A stretch of 64,000 nucleotides of DNA from Squalus acanthias (GCA_030390025.1 CM059432.1:11718001-11782000), one strand, 5' to 3'; positions 25,452 to 38,183 are shown, counted from the stretch's first letter. Notes: generated from the letters alone by a model not told the origin. Numbers and translations: made by a program.

Positions 25452-28400
25452 GTGAGTCCGTGGAGCTAACATTGCCGTTTTATAAAAGGGATTGTTTACG
25501 GATTTTCGTTTCTTTATTTGCTAAGAAGTAACAAAGGCACCCAATACACCGAGTGACTGTATACATTTCCATTTAAAAGTCAATATAGGAGCATTCATTT
25601 CTTTTTTTTAATCATTTTTACTTAATTTTAATGAAAGAAAGTCAGATTTGCATTTCTATAGCGCCTTTCACGACCACCGGATGTCCCAAAGTGCTTTACA
25701 GCCAACGAAGTACTATTTGAAGTGCAGTCACTGTTGTAATGTAGGAAACGCAGCAGCCAATTTGCGCACAGCAAGCTCCCACAAACAGCAATGTGATAAT
25801 GACCAGATAATCTGTTATAGTGATGTTGATTGAGGGATAAATATTGGCCAGGACACAGGGGATAACTCCCCTGCTCTTCTTTAAATAAGGCCGCGGGATC
25901 TTTTACATCCACCTGAGAGAGCAGACGGGGCCTCGGTTTAACGTCTCATCCGAAAGACGGCACCTCCGACAGTGCAGCACTCCCTCAGCACTGCACTGGG
26001 AGTATCAGCCTAGATTGTTGGCTCAAGTCTCTGGAGTGGGTCTGTGAACCCACAACCTTCTGACTCAGAGGCGAGTGTGTCACCCACTGAGCCACAGCTG
26101 ACATGAGTGGAAAAATAGAGAACCCGATGCAAGAAGCTAAAAAAAGGCTGCGGTTGGCGGGCACAGCTTGAAAAGCACCTCGTATTGACTGATTATTACA
26201 TAGCTGTCTTTGGAAATGTGCCGCATAATGTTTTAAAGCATGATTTTAAACAATTACTGCGAACAGTTAAAAATGAAGCAAGTTCACCTCCCAGCGGCTA
26301 ATCCCAGAGCAGCATTGTTAAAGATGACTGAAGCCCATGCAACTCTCCTGGCTGACAGGACCATGTGACAGTGAGCAATATCCATGGGGACTGGAGGGAA
26401 CAATAAAAGTACAGTGAAGTAGAAACAACTTGTGTTTAAATAGCACCATATCACATCCTCAGAATGTCCCAAAGCACTTCCCCACCAATGAGTTACTTTT
26501 GATGTGCAGCCACTGTTGTTGTGTTGGCAACGGCAACCGAGAATTCTGCCCACAAACAGCAAAGAAATGAACGGCCAGTCAATCTGTTTCTGGTGGAGGT
26601 TTTTAAAAAAAAAATGTTTTATTTGCTCCTGGGATGTGGGCATCACTAGCGAGGCCAGCATTTATTGCCCCTCCCTAATTGCCCTTGAGAAGGTGGTGGT
26701 GAACCGCCTTCTTGAACCGCAGCAGTCCGTGAGATGAAGATACTCCCACAGTGCTGTTAGGGAGGGAGTTCCAGGATTTTGACCCAGCGACGATGAAAGA
26801 ACAGGAACAACAACAACAACTTGCCTTTATACAGCGCCGTTAACGTAGTAAAAAAGTCCCAAGGCGCTTCACAGGAGTGTTATAAGACAAAAGTTTGACA
26901 GCGATATATGTCCTAGTCGGGATGGTGTGTGACTTGGAGGGGAACTTGCAGGTGGTGCTGCCCTTGTCCTTCTAGGCGGTAGAGGGAGGAATGCTAATCT
27001 CACAACCAGGAAAACTCCCTGCTCTTCCTCGAACAGTGCCATGGGATCTTTAACCTTCATCTGAATCAGCAGATAGGGTTTCACTCCAGTGCCTCATCCA
27101 AAAGATGGTGCCTTCAAGCATGCATTCCTCCCACAGTCCTGCACTGAAGTCTTAGCTTAGATTACAGCCCAAAACCCTTTTGACTCTGAAATGAGAATGT
27201 TACCAACTGAGCCAAACTGACACGTGTAATCAGCAAAGGTTCGACTGAACTTCTTCCTGTTTGTGTTTGGTCTTGTTCTTCAGATGTGTATTTGCGTGAA
27301 TGGGTGCGTGCTTTATAGCAGTTCATCTTTATGAGTCTTTTGTGGAATAATAATAGTGAACATTACAATGCAAAATTGTAAGATTCACCATTAAGGACAT
27401 TAAAGCCCATTCTTTCCCCAGTGATATGAACGCAGGAAGTAGGGCCCCTGTCTCTACATGATTGTGTTTGATTCAAGGCATTGAGTTTGTCATGGCGGCA
27501 CTCATAGGGATTACCATCTACACTGAGATACCGGATCGTTTGGTGGTGGGGGGCGGGGGTGGGGGGAGGTCTACATTACCACTCTTGAGAGTTTAACATG
27601 TCTAAAAGACCCACGGGTCACACCAGAGAACAATAGCAATTTTTCCACACACGTCAAGAACTTTGTAACACTTGTGCAGTGGTGTAGTCGATAGGTGTCT
27701 TCAATTGTGTAGCTTGTCATGTGATATGTCCCGTGTTACACATTGCCGAGGGTGGTGTCGTATCATGTGGATAGCTAAGTGATAACTAACTGGAGTTAAA
27801 ACATATATACATTGTCATTTTACTGGGTGCTGAAAGTACCCCTCTTAAAAGCCCATGTTCTGGGATTCAACTCGAGGACATTTGATTGTAAGCTGCGGCA
27901 AGTTATTTTAACCCAATGGAACTTGCCCATTTTTCAAATATTGTGTGAAATTTGGGGCACCCTCCCTTCAAAATGACATTGATGCACTAGATCGAGTTCA
28001 GAGAAGAGTGGTAAGGATTTTGAATCGCACTTAATTAAGGGAGGCTGACAGAACTGAACGTGTTCTCATTGGATGAAAGGGATGTGATCCACATTTCTAA
28101 AGTGCCAGGAGGAATGGGGAATGGAATGCGTGAGTTGTCGTCAGCAGGTTGTTTAACTCAAACTGCGTTTCTAGAACTAGAAGGCAGGAATAGAAATTCA
28201 GCAAACTTCAGCCAAGGCTTAAGATGAGAGCAGTGGTTGTGTGGAGTCGATGGCATGTAACTGGACAAGGTTGTAATAAATGTGTTGTTATGTTGCATTG
28301 ATGTCCTGGAGAGAATTCCAGGGTGAAAGTTTCAGGGCTTTCGTTTGGACCTTTACTGTTGGTTACTCAACTCCTCGCAGGCTGGCAGTGCCCATGACTT

Positions 28401-30089
28401 TCCAAACTGTACATGAGCTGTTAGTTCGAGGGGCTGAACTGCTCAGGGCAGATTTTCTTCTTTCTGTTTTTGTTGAGAGATTGAGTAGAATGGGCCTATA
28501 TTCTCTGGAATTTAGAAGGATGAGAGGTGATCTCATTGAAACGTATAAAATTCTTAGAGGGCTTGACAGGGTAGATGCTGAGAGGATGTTTCCCCTGGCT
28601 GGAGAGTCTAGAACCAGGGGTCACAGTCTCAGGATAAGGGGTCGGCCATTTAGGACTGAGATGAGGAGAAATTTCTTCACTCAGAGGATTGTGAATCTTT
28701 GAAATTCTCTACCCCAGAGGCTCAGTCGTTGAGTATATTCAAGACTGAGATCGATAGATGTTTGGGCACTAAGGGAATCAAGGGATACGGCGATCGGGCG
28801 GGAAAGTGGAGATGAGGTAGAAGTTCAACCATGATCTTATTGACTGGCGGAGCAGACTCGAGGGGGGCGTATGTCCTACTCCTGCTCCTATTTCTTATGT
28901 TCTTATGTTCTAGTGTGCTTGGGAATAAATAATTGGCTGGTCAGAGCATATAGAAGAAAATCGGTTTGGGGGTGGGGGGTGTGGGGGCCGGAATCGCACG
29001 GCTGTAATGAAGCCCACCAGATATTCCCTTAACTTGAAATTATATAACATTACATAGAATTTACAGCACAGAAACAGGCCATTCGATCTATGATGGCTCC
29101 ACGCGTGCCTCCTCTGACCCTGCTTTATTTAACTCTATCAACATATCCTTCTATTCCTTTGTCCCTTATGTGTTTATCTAGCTTCCCCTTAAATTCCCCT
29201 ACGATAGCTCTCATGTCCCTATGTGGTCCTTCACCTAGGTTTTTACGGGTACTGATAACGTAGGAATGAGAAGAGTTCTGGTAAACTCCAGTCAATTCTC
29301 AACGTGGTGCCTGAAATTTTGTGCCTACAATCGGCACTGGATGATAATACTGACGACTTCATAATGAAAATTTGCTCAGCGAGCATAGGGGTGATGGGTG
29401 AAAGAAAGTTAGGGTTTGACAAGTTAGGGCTTGTCAATTCCAGTCTAAGTACCCTTTTTACTGCATGGTAAGGCTGAATTACTGCCAAACAACCTCTCTG
29501 GAACTGAAAATTAACTTTTACAAGTGTGCAGTCTCATTCCTTCAGCTTTTAATTATTATTGGAGATCTAAAATAAAAATTCATAAATGTTTAAAAAACTT
29601 TTTCTTATCTCTCTTATATCTCTCTTTGAATCCAAACTTTCTTTCCCTCTCTTTATTTCGCTTTCTATGCCTGATTTGACATTGAATTCACTATTCTAAC
29701 TGACACTTCCTGGTTCGGACTGTACTGCTCAGTCACAATTCTTCAATCTGATTGGTTAAGGAGATGCACAGTTGCTTGCCCTGTAGAGAGCGCTGCGCCG
29801 TTTGGATGTTTGGCTGACAGCAACTTGCCGTGCAGGAGCCAATCGAACGTCTGTGGTCAAGTGCAAGTCTAGCGAACATGCACCACTCACAGCGAAATCC
29901 GGACCATAGTTCCACTCACTAAGGTGCAATTAGAAACATAGAAACATAGAAAGAACATCGAAAAATAGGAGCAGGAGTCGGCCATTCGGCCCTTCGAGCT
30001 GATCCTCTCTCAATACCATATTTCCGCTCTCTCCCCATACCCCTTGATGCCTTTTGCGTCTGTCGAAACATAGAGTTCCATCAGTACAA

Positions 30090-30226
30090 CACAAAAGCAA
30101 AATACTGCGGATGCTGGAAATCTGAAATAAAAACAGAAAATGCTGGAAATACTCAGCAGGTCAGGCAGCATCTGTGAAGAGAAAAACAGAGTTAACATTT
30201 CAGGTCGATGACCCTTCATCAGAACT
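30090..30226 (-). mobile_element. Penelope (second family) 3' fragment
   Basis: Same sequence as 41663-41796; begins at hammerhead stem I. Confidence 0.75.
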
Positions 30227-31390
30227 TAAGTTAGAATAGTGAAATCAATTCCATCAGAGGCTGGTGTCTTCCAGTATCATTGGCAGCCATTGTTCGCTTG
30301 GCATTCACATACGTGCACTTCCAGTATTATTTGTTCGCATTAGGGCTAAGAAGCGAGAATCCTGGTCAAATTTCCCCCTTACCCAGAGACCACTGCAGCT
30401 GACTGCTGTCTCAGCTGAGATCGCATAGCTCAGTGTAGATAGAGGGCTGAGACTTTCTGGTCTGTACAGCCCAGAAACAGAGAGAGTAGATTTTCTTTTT
30501 TTGTGAATGTTGTGCTTACCAAGAAAGAGGGAATGTCGCACTCTCCCCTTCCAGTGTCAGTATTGAGCAATGCCGAGCAACGTTCCCTTTAAGTTGCGTG
30601 GCCGCGCAGCCAGCTCGATGGTGCTCTAACGGCAAAACCCGCGTATGCGCGGTAATTTGAAGGGGCCGCGCACCCAAGAAAAAATGAGCAGGAACATTAG
30701 TGCCCAGTAACAGGTAGCATAAGAACAGAAAAAGGCCATCAGCCCATAATAAGCCCAACAGATTAACTTCAATGCTGTAACATTTTAAGAATATAAGAAC
30801 ATAAGAAATAAGAGCAGGAGTCGGCCATTCGGCCCCTCGAGCCTGCTCCGCCATTCAATAAGATCATGGCTGATCATCGACCTCAACTCCACGTTCCCGC
30901 CCGATCTCCATATCCCTTGATTCTTCACCCAGAGGGTTGTGGGGGTCTGGAAATCACTGCCTGAAAGGGTGGTAGAGGCACAAACCCTAACCACATTTAA
31001 ATGTACTTGGATATGCACTTGGGATGCTGTAACCTGCAGGGCTACAGACCAAGAGCTGGGAAGTGGGGTTAGGCTGGATAGCTCTTTGTTGGCCGGCACG
31101 GACACGATGGGCCGAAATGGCCTCCTTCCGTGCTGTAACTTTCTATGATTCTATGATTCCCCTAGAGTCCAAAAATCTATCTATCTCAGCCTTGAATATA
31201 ATCAAAGACTCAGCATTCACAGCCCTCTGGGGCAGAGAATTCCAAAGATTCACAACCCTCTGAGTGAAGAAATTCCTCCTCATCCCGGTCTTAAATGGCC
31301 TACCCCTTATCCTGAGACTATGCCCCCTAGTTCTAGACTGTGCAGCCAGAGGAAACAACCTCTCAGCATCTACCCTGTCAATCCCCTTCA

Positions 31391-31484
31391 CTTCACCTGA
31401 CGAAGGAGCAGCGCTCCGAAAGCTTGTGATTTCAAATAAAACTGTTGGACTATAACTTGGTGTTGTGCGACTTCTCATTTTTGT
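31391..31484 (+). mobile_element. 94-bp Penelope pLTR mini-insertion in a CR1 fragment
   Basis: 11-bp TSD aatccccttca (31380-31390, 31485-31495). Consists of a hammerhead, AATAAA and the pLTR tail. Confidence 0.85.
31393..31429 (+). ncRNA. Minimal type I hammerhead ribozyme motif
   Basis: TCAC-CTGACGA-A-GGAGC(agc)GCTCC-GAAA-GC-TT-GTGA: stem I TCAC/GTGA, stem II, palindromic stem III AGCT. Confidence 0.75.
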
Positions 31485-31776
31485 AATCCCCTTCAGAATC
31501 TTGTATGTTTCAATGAGATCACCTCTCATTCTTCTAAACTCCAGGCAGTATAGGCCCATTCTACATAATCTTTCATCATAAGACAGCCCTCTCATCCCAA
31601 GAATCAATCTAGTGAACCTTCGTTGCACCGCCTCTAAGGCAAGTAGATAAGTAGTCCAAAACTGTGCACAGGTGTGGTCTCACCAAGGTCCTGTACAATT
31701 GTAGCAAGACTTCCTTCTCTTTTCACCTATTAGTCTTTGTAAGGTGCAGGTTTACTAGCAGGTATTAAACCTGCTA

Positions 31777-32313
31777 GCAAAGAAGGGAGGGAAAAAGAGT
31801 GGCAGGGCTATAGTAATAGGGGATTCGATTGTAAGGGGAATAGATAGGAGTTTCTGTGGTCGCGACCGAGACTCCAGGATGGTAATTTGCCTCCCTGGTG
31901 CAAGGGTCAAGGATGTCTCGGCGCGGGTGCAGAACATTCTGGAGGGGGAGGGGGAACAGCCAGTTGTCGTGATACATGTTGGTACCAACGACGTAGCTAA
32001 AAAAAGGGAAGAGGTCCTACAAGTAGAATTTAGGGAGTTAGGAGCCAAGCTAAAAAGTAGGACCTCGAAGGTAGTAATCTCTGGATTACTACCAGTGCCA
32101 CGTGCTAGTAAGAGTACAGAGAACAGGATAGTTAGGCTAAATACGTGGCTTGAGCAGTGGTGTAAGAGGGAGGGTTTTAAATTTTTGAGGCATTGGGACC
32201 AGTTTTGTGGTAGGTGTGACCTATACAAAAGGGACGGTCTACACCTGTGCAAAGATGGAACTGAGGTTCTCGGGGTAAATTTTGATAAAGCAGTTCGGGA
32301 GCATTTAAACTAG
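31777..32313 (+). CDS. CR1 ORF1 3' part, SGNH/GDSL esterase-like
   Basis: Motifs IVIGDSIVRG, IHVGTND and DGLHL; ends EHLN-stop. The start is approximate because of 5' truncation. Confidence 0.88.
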   Translation, partial: AKKGGKKSGRAIVIGDSIVRGIDRSFCGRDRDSRMVICLPGARVKDVSARVQNILEGEGEQPVVVIHVGTNDVAKKREEVLQVEFRELGAKLKSRTSKVVISGLLPVPRASKSTENRIVRLNTWLEQWCKREGFKFLRHWDQFCGRCDLYKRDGLHLCKDGTEVLGVNFDKAVREHLN

Positions 32314-35255
32314 TATGGCAGGGGGCTAGAAACCCATGTAGTGAAATAGAGGAAAGTGAAAGGCAGACAGAAATAAATGGTAAAAAGGAGAGGAACAAAA
32401 AACAAAGGGCCAAACTAATTCATAAAAAATGTGAGCATAAAAAAAGCCTGAGGGTTTTATACCTTAATGCGAGAAGCATCAGGAACAAGGTAGATGAATT
32501 AGCTGTGGAAATAGAGGTTAATAATTATGATCTAATTGGGATTACGGAAACATGGTTGCAGGGTGAGCAGGGCTGGGAGCTTAACATACAGGGGTATTCA
32601 GTATTTAGGAAGGATCGACAAAAAAGAAAGGGAGGAGGGGTAGCATTGCTGGTAAAAGAGGGGATAAATGCAATTGAAAGGAAGGATATTAACTCAGTTA
32701 ATACAGAATCTATATGGGTGGAGCTAAGAAATAGCGAGGGGCGAAAAACATTAATAGGAGTGGTATATAGGCCTCCAAATAGTAAAATAGAGGTTGGGGA
32801 GGGCATCACGAGGGAAATTAGAGAAGCGTGCAATAAGAGCACAGCTGTCATCATAGGTGACTTTAACTTACATATAGATTGGACTAGCCTAATCAGTAAA
32901 AATAATGAGGAGGAGGAATTCCTTGAGTGTTTAAGGGATGGTTATCTGGATCAATATGTCGAGGAACCAACTCGGGAACAGGCTATATTGGACTGGGTAC
33001 TGTGCAATGAGAAGGGACTAATTAGTAATCTTGTTGTACGGGGACCCTTGGGTCAGAGCGATCATAACATGATCGATTTCTCACTCGAAATGGAGAGCGA
33101 AGAAATTGACTCAGAGACTCAGGTCCTGAATTTAAACAAGGGGAATTATGATGCCATTAGACGGGAACTGAGTAGGTCTGATTGGACAACGTTCCTGGGA
33201 GGACTGGAGGTAGATAAACAATGGCAAGCATTTAAAGATAGAATGACAAAATTGCAAAAATTGTTTATACCAATCTGGCATAAAAGGAAATCTAAAAAGG
33301 TGACTCAACCGTGGATAACAGGGGAAATTAGAGACAGCATAAAATCCAAAGATAGGGCGTATAAAATAGCCAAAAAACGCGCCAGAGCGGAAGATTGGGA
33401 ACAGTTTAAGATAGAGCAAAGGAGGGCAAAGGGCTTAATCAAGAAGGGCAAAATAGCTTACGAAAGCAAGCTGGCGGAAAATATAAAAACTAACTCCAAA
33501 AGCTTTTATAAGTATATCAAGAGGAAAAGACTGGTGAAAACCAAAGTTGGTCCATTGCAGTCAGATACGGGGGAATATATAATGGGAAATAAGGAAATGG
33601 CAGACCAACTAAATGCATACTTTGGGTCAGTCTTTACGAAGGAAGACACAAAAAACCTCCCTGGGATATCGGGAAAAATAGGGACATTGGCAAAGGAGGA
33701 ACTGACGCAAATCAATATCTCTAAGGATATGGTGTTAAGGAAGCTAAAGGGATTGAAGGCGGACAAATCCCCAGGGCCTGATAACATGCATCCTAGGGTA
33801 CTGAAGGAGGTGGCCCTAGAGATAGCGGATGCACTAAGCATGATTTTTCAGAATTCATTAGACTCGGGAACAGTGCCCATGGATTGGAGGGTAGCTAACG
33901 TTACCCCACTATTCAAAAAGGGGGGTAGGGAAAAAGCAGGTAATTACAGACCTGTAAGCCTTACATCAGTTGTGGGCAAAATGCTGGAGTCCATCATTAA
34001 GGATGAAATAGCCGAGCACTTAGCAAATGGGGACAGGATAGGACAGAGTCAACATGGATTTACAAAGGGTAAATCGTGCTTGACTAATCTATTGGAATTT
34101 TTTGAGGGAGTAACTGGTAAAATAGATGGGGGAGAGCCAGTAGATGTGGTGTACCTGGACTTCCAAAAGGCCTTCGATAAGGTCCCACATAAAAGATTAG
34201 CATGGAAAATTGAAGCTCATGGGATAAAGGGGAAAGTATTGACGTGGATAGAGAACTGGCTGTCAGATAGAAAACAGAGAGTTGGAATAAACGGCTCATT
34301 TTCTGAATGGCAGGCAGTAACAAGTGGGGTACCACAGGGATCTGTCCTGGGTCCCCAGCTGTTCACAATTTATATTAATGACCTGGATCAGGGAGTCGAA
34401 TGCAGCATTTCCAAATTTGCAGACGACACTAAACTAGGAGGGGGGGTGGGCTCAGAGGAGGAGACCAGGAAGCTCCAGAGCGATTTGGACAGACTGGGTG
34501 ATTGGGCGGATAAATGGCAGATGCACTATAATGTGGACAAGTGCGAAGTTATCCACCTTGGGTGCAGAAACGGGAGGGCAAATTATTATTTAAATGGCAA
34601 TAAATTGGGAGAGGGGGAAGTACAGAGAGACCTGGGTGTTCTTGTACACCAGTCACTGAAGGCGAGCATGCAGGTGCAACAGGCGGTCAAGAAGGCAAAC
34701 GGTATGCTGGCCTTCATAGCAAAAGGGTTGGAATACAGGAACAGGGATACCTTGCTGCAGCTGTACAGGGCACTGGTGAGACCACACCTCGAGTACTGTG
34801 TACAGTTTTGGTCGCCTCATCTGAGGAAAGATGTTCTTGCCATGGAGGGGGTGCAGCGGCGATTCACCAGGCTGATACCAGGAATGGCGGGATTGACCTA
34901 TGAGGAGAGACTATGTAGTTTAGGGATGTACACACTGGAGTTTAGAAGATTGAGAGGGGACCTCATAGAAGTGTATAAAATTCTGACAGGTCTAGACAGA
35001 TTAGATGCAGAAGGAATGTTTCCCTTGGCGGGTGAGAACAGAACTAGAGGACATAATTTAAGGATAAGGGCTAAACCATTTAGGACAGAAATGAGGGGGA
35101 ATTTCTTCACTCAGAGAGTGGTGAACCTGTGGAACTCATTGCCACAGAGGGCAGTGTACGCCAGCTCATTAAATATATTTAAGAGGGAATTAGATATATT
35201 TCTACAGGCAAAAGGGGTTAAGGGTTACGGAGAGAAGGCGGGGACGGGATACTGA
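32289..35255 (+). CDS. CR1 ORF2, APE endonuclease plus reverse transcriptase
   Basis: Frame open from 32289. Motifs LYLNARSIRNK, ITETW, GDFN, SDH, YLDFQKAFDKV, GVPQGSVLGP, FADD; no stops. Confidence 0.95.
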   Translation, partial: SSSGAFKLVWQGARNPCSEIEESERQTEINGKKERNKKQRAKLIHKKCEHKKSLRVLYLNARSIRNKVDELAVEIEVNNYDLIGITETWLQGEQGWELNIQGYSVFRKDRQKRKGGGVALLVKEGINAIERKDINSVNTESIWVELRNSEGRKTLIGVVYRPPNSKIEVGEGITREIREACNKSTAVIIGDFNLHIDWTSLISKNNEEEEFLECLRDGYLDQYVEEPTREQAILDWVLCNEKGLISNLVVRGPLGQSDHNMIDFSLEMESEEIDSETQVLNLNKGNYDAIRRELSRSDWTTFLGGLEVDKQWQAFKDRMTKLQKLFIPIWHKRKSKKVTQPWITGEIRDSIKSKDRAYKIAKKRARAEDWEQFKIEQRRAKGLIKKGKIAYESKLAENIKTNSKSFYKYIKRKRLVKTKVGPLQSDTGEYIMGNKEMADQLNAYFGSVFTKEDTKNLPGISGKIGTLAKEELTQINISKDMVLRKLKGLKADKSPGPDNMHPRVLKEVALEIADALSMIFQNSLDSGTVPMDWRVANVTPLFKKGGREKAGNYRPVSLTSVVGKMLESIIKDEIAEHLANGDRIGQSQHGFTKGKSCLTNLLEFFEGVTGKIDGGEPVDVVYLDFQKAFDKVPHKRLAWKIEAHGIKGKVLTWIENWLSDRKQRVGINGSFSEWQAVTSGVPQGSVLGPQLFTIYINDLDQGVECSISKFADDTKLGGGVGSEEETRKLQSDLDRLGDWADKWQMHYNVDKCEVIHLGCRNGRANYYLNGNKLGEGEVQRDLGVLVHQSLKASMQVQQAVKKANGMLAFIAKGLEYRNRDTLLQLYRALVRPHLEYCVQFWSPHLRKDVLAMEGVQRRFTRLIPGMAGLTYEERLCSLGMYTLEFRRLRGDLIEVYKILTGLDRLDAEGMFPLAGENRTRGHNLRIRAKPFRTEMRGNFFTQRVVNLWNSLPQRAVYASSLNIFKRELDIFLQAKGVKGYGEKAGTGY

Positions 35256-35454
35256 ATTGAAGGATCAGCCATGATCTCATTAAATGGCGGAGCAGGCTCG
35301 AAGGGCCGGATGGCCTACTCCTGCTCCTATCTTCTATGTATCTATGTATGTAATTGCAGGAGTTAGTTATTTCATGTTGACATATGGCTGCAGCTCATTG
35401 CAAACTGTGCAGTTAGGGAAAGGGCTATTGAACAGAAAATTAAGATGTGCGTGT

Positions 35455-35700
35455 AGATACTCATATACAGAGACAGACACAAACACATGGATACACAGAA
35501 ACATATATACACACATAGATACACAGACACACATACAGCCACACATGGATACACAGACAGAGACACACAAACACATATGGATAAACAGACACAAACACAC
35601 ATGGATACACAAACAGACATACACAGAAACACACATGAATATCCAAACATACACTTGAATATACAGCCACACACATATGCATAGAGAAACACACATACAT
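35455..35700. repeat. Degenerate (AC/AT)n low-complexity tract
   Basis: Directly visible. Confidence 0.9.
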
Positions 35701-38183
35701 AGCTCCTTAAAACCTACCTCTTTGACCAAGCTTTTGGTCCTAATCTGCTCTAATTTCTCCTTATGTGGCTCGGTGTCAAATTTTGTCTGATAGCACTCCT
35801 GCAAAGCGCCTTGGGATGCTTTACTATGTTAAACTTGCTATATAAATACAAGTTGTTTTCGTTACAAGATGCAAAACTATCGTGGTTTTGCTGCAATAAA
35901 ACACAGCCCTTTTGTGAACTGCCGGCTGATATCCGACAGAGAGCCAGGATCTGTCCCAGTAGGTAGTGTGCTGGGGAGAGTGGAAGTGGAGATCATTTAG
36001 ACTTCAATTAGAGTTCAGTTGCTCAGGGACATAAACACTGGTTTGAGCGTACAATGGCTCCAGTAATTAAATGCTAACAGTCAGAAGGGCATTGGACTTT
36101 TAAAGGTTTTTTTTATTCTTAAAAGCAGGTTTAGCAGTGGAGACTGGGCTACTATTCCGTTGATGCAAGTTTGCATACCAGCCTCAACAACAATAACTTG
36201 CATTTATATAGCGCCTTTAACGCAGTAAAACGTCCCCAAGCTGCTGCACAGGCCCGTTATCAGACAAACATTGACACGGAGCCACAGAGGTATAAACAGC
36301 AGTAAAATGGGAAATATCCCAAAAATTTGCAGGGACCAAATTGAGGAAAATATCAAAAGTGACGATGGAGGTATTCAATTGCATGTATGTCAATGTAACT
36401 AATAAGGTTGGTGAGCTGCAGGCACAAATTGCTAGATGGGATTATGACGTGGTTGCATTAACAGAGACATGGCTCAAACAAGGCCAGGAATGGGTTCTTA
36501 ATACTCCTGGTACCCAAGTATTCAGGAATGAAAGAGAAGGAAAAAGAGGAGGGGGCATGGCAGTATTGATTAAGGATGTGGTACAGTTCTAAATAGAAAG
36601 GATATTCTAGGAATGAATCTATTTGGCTTGAGTTGAGGAACAGAAGGGGAGCGGTTACATTGCTGGGAATTTTTATAGAGCTCCAAGCAGTGAGATAACT
36701 TAGTTAACTTAGCCTCCTCTAATGACTGAGTAGGTAAATGCACCATCTGGTGTGATACTAAGCCATTCAAACCAGGAAGGTCCCAGATTTACTCCTTGGC
36801 CCAAGTGAACTGATCTCAGTACAGCCAGCCCTCGAGACACACAATTTGGACTAGGGCCTCTAGTTACTCCTGTAAAATTCATGTGTGTGGATATTGGAGA
36901 GGGCAGGATTAGGCTCAGTTCTCATGCAATCTACAGTTAAAATATCTGCCAATGTTTTCTGTGGCTCACACATGAAGAATGGTTATTTGGGGCAGGTACT
37001 GAAATGCGCATTTATTGCCCATCCCTAATTGCCCTGGAAAAGGTGGTGGTGAGCCGCCATCTTGAACCGCTGCAGTCCGTGTGGTGAAGGCACTCCCACA
37101 GTGCTGTGAAGGAGGGAGTTCCAGGATTTTACCCCAGCGACGATGAAGGAACGGCCGATATATTTTCAAGTCGGGATGGTGTGTGACTTGGAGGTGGTGG
37201 TGTTTCCATGCACCTGCTGCCCTTGTCCTTCTAGGTGGTAGAGGTCGCGGGTTTGAGCGGTGCTGTCCTGTGGCTGTGGATTCATACTCCAGTAAAAATC
37301 AGTACCTTAAGCAGAGAAAGGGTAATAATTGAGAAAAGCGTCACTGCAATATAACAAGGTTTGTTGTAGCAACCGCGTGGATTCTGTTTCAATTGGTGCT
37401 CTCGAGAACCAATCCATATCCTATCTGAACAGCAAGTCTCCATTCTCCTGCCTTAATTGGGTCTTTTTCATTGAAATAAGAACATAAGAAATAAGAGCAG
37501 GAGTTGGCCATATGGCTCTTCGAGCCTGCTCCGCCATTCAATAAGATCATGGCTGATCTTCAACCTCAACTCCGCTTCCCCGCCCGATCTCCATATTTCT
37601 TGGTTTCCTTAGTATCCAAAAATCTATCGATCTCCGTCTTGAATATACTCAACGACTGAGCATCCACAGCCCTTTGGGGCAGAGAATTCCAAAGATTCAC
37701 AACCCTCTGAGTGAAGAAATTCCTCCTCATCTCAGTCTTAAATGGCCGACCCCTTATCCTGAGTCTATGACCCCTAGTTCTAGACACTCCAGCCAGGGGA
37801 AAACAACCTCTCAGTATCGACCCTGTCAATCCCCTTCACAATCTTATATATTTCAATGAGATCACTTCTCATTCTTCTAAAAACTCCAGAGAGTATGTGC
37901 CCATTCTACTCAATCTCTCCTCGTAGGACAGCCCTCTCAGCCAGGGACCCAGGAATCCATCCAGTGAACCTATCTAATTGTGTGTCCTTTCCTAAGGACA
38001 AGTCATTCGAAAGGACCAAAGACAGATGAAAAGTCGGAGTGCTGTTCTGTGTACTTAACCGTTCTGTCTTTTTCAGTTCTGTGCACAATGTTGAAAATAT
38101 AAAGTTTTAATGATGAGATAAAATTCTAACCCTGTGATTTTTTTTTTCTGTTCTTCCTAACCATCCAATTGTTTTTCTTACAG

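Larger units (their letters stand above)
30790..31720. mobile_element. Nested CR1 3' fragments in both orientations
   Basis: Minus-strand CR1 interrupted by a plus-strand CR1 end (about 30921-31157) and by a Penelope mini-insert. Confidence 0.82.
31755..35350 (+). mobile_element. Young, 5'-truncated but nearly complete CR1 LINE
   Basis: ORF1 C-terminal SGNH esterase, uninterrupted ORF2, typical 3' UTR ending in (ctatgt)n-like repeats. Confidence 0.95.

Noticed and set aside
35367..35804. Cys/Val-rich ORFs
   Set aside because: Translations of (AC)n low-complexity sequence.
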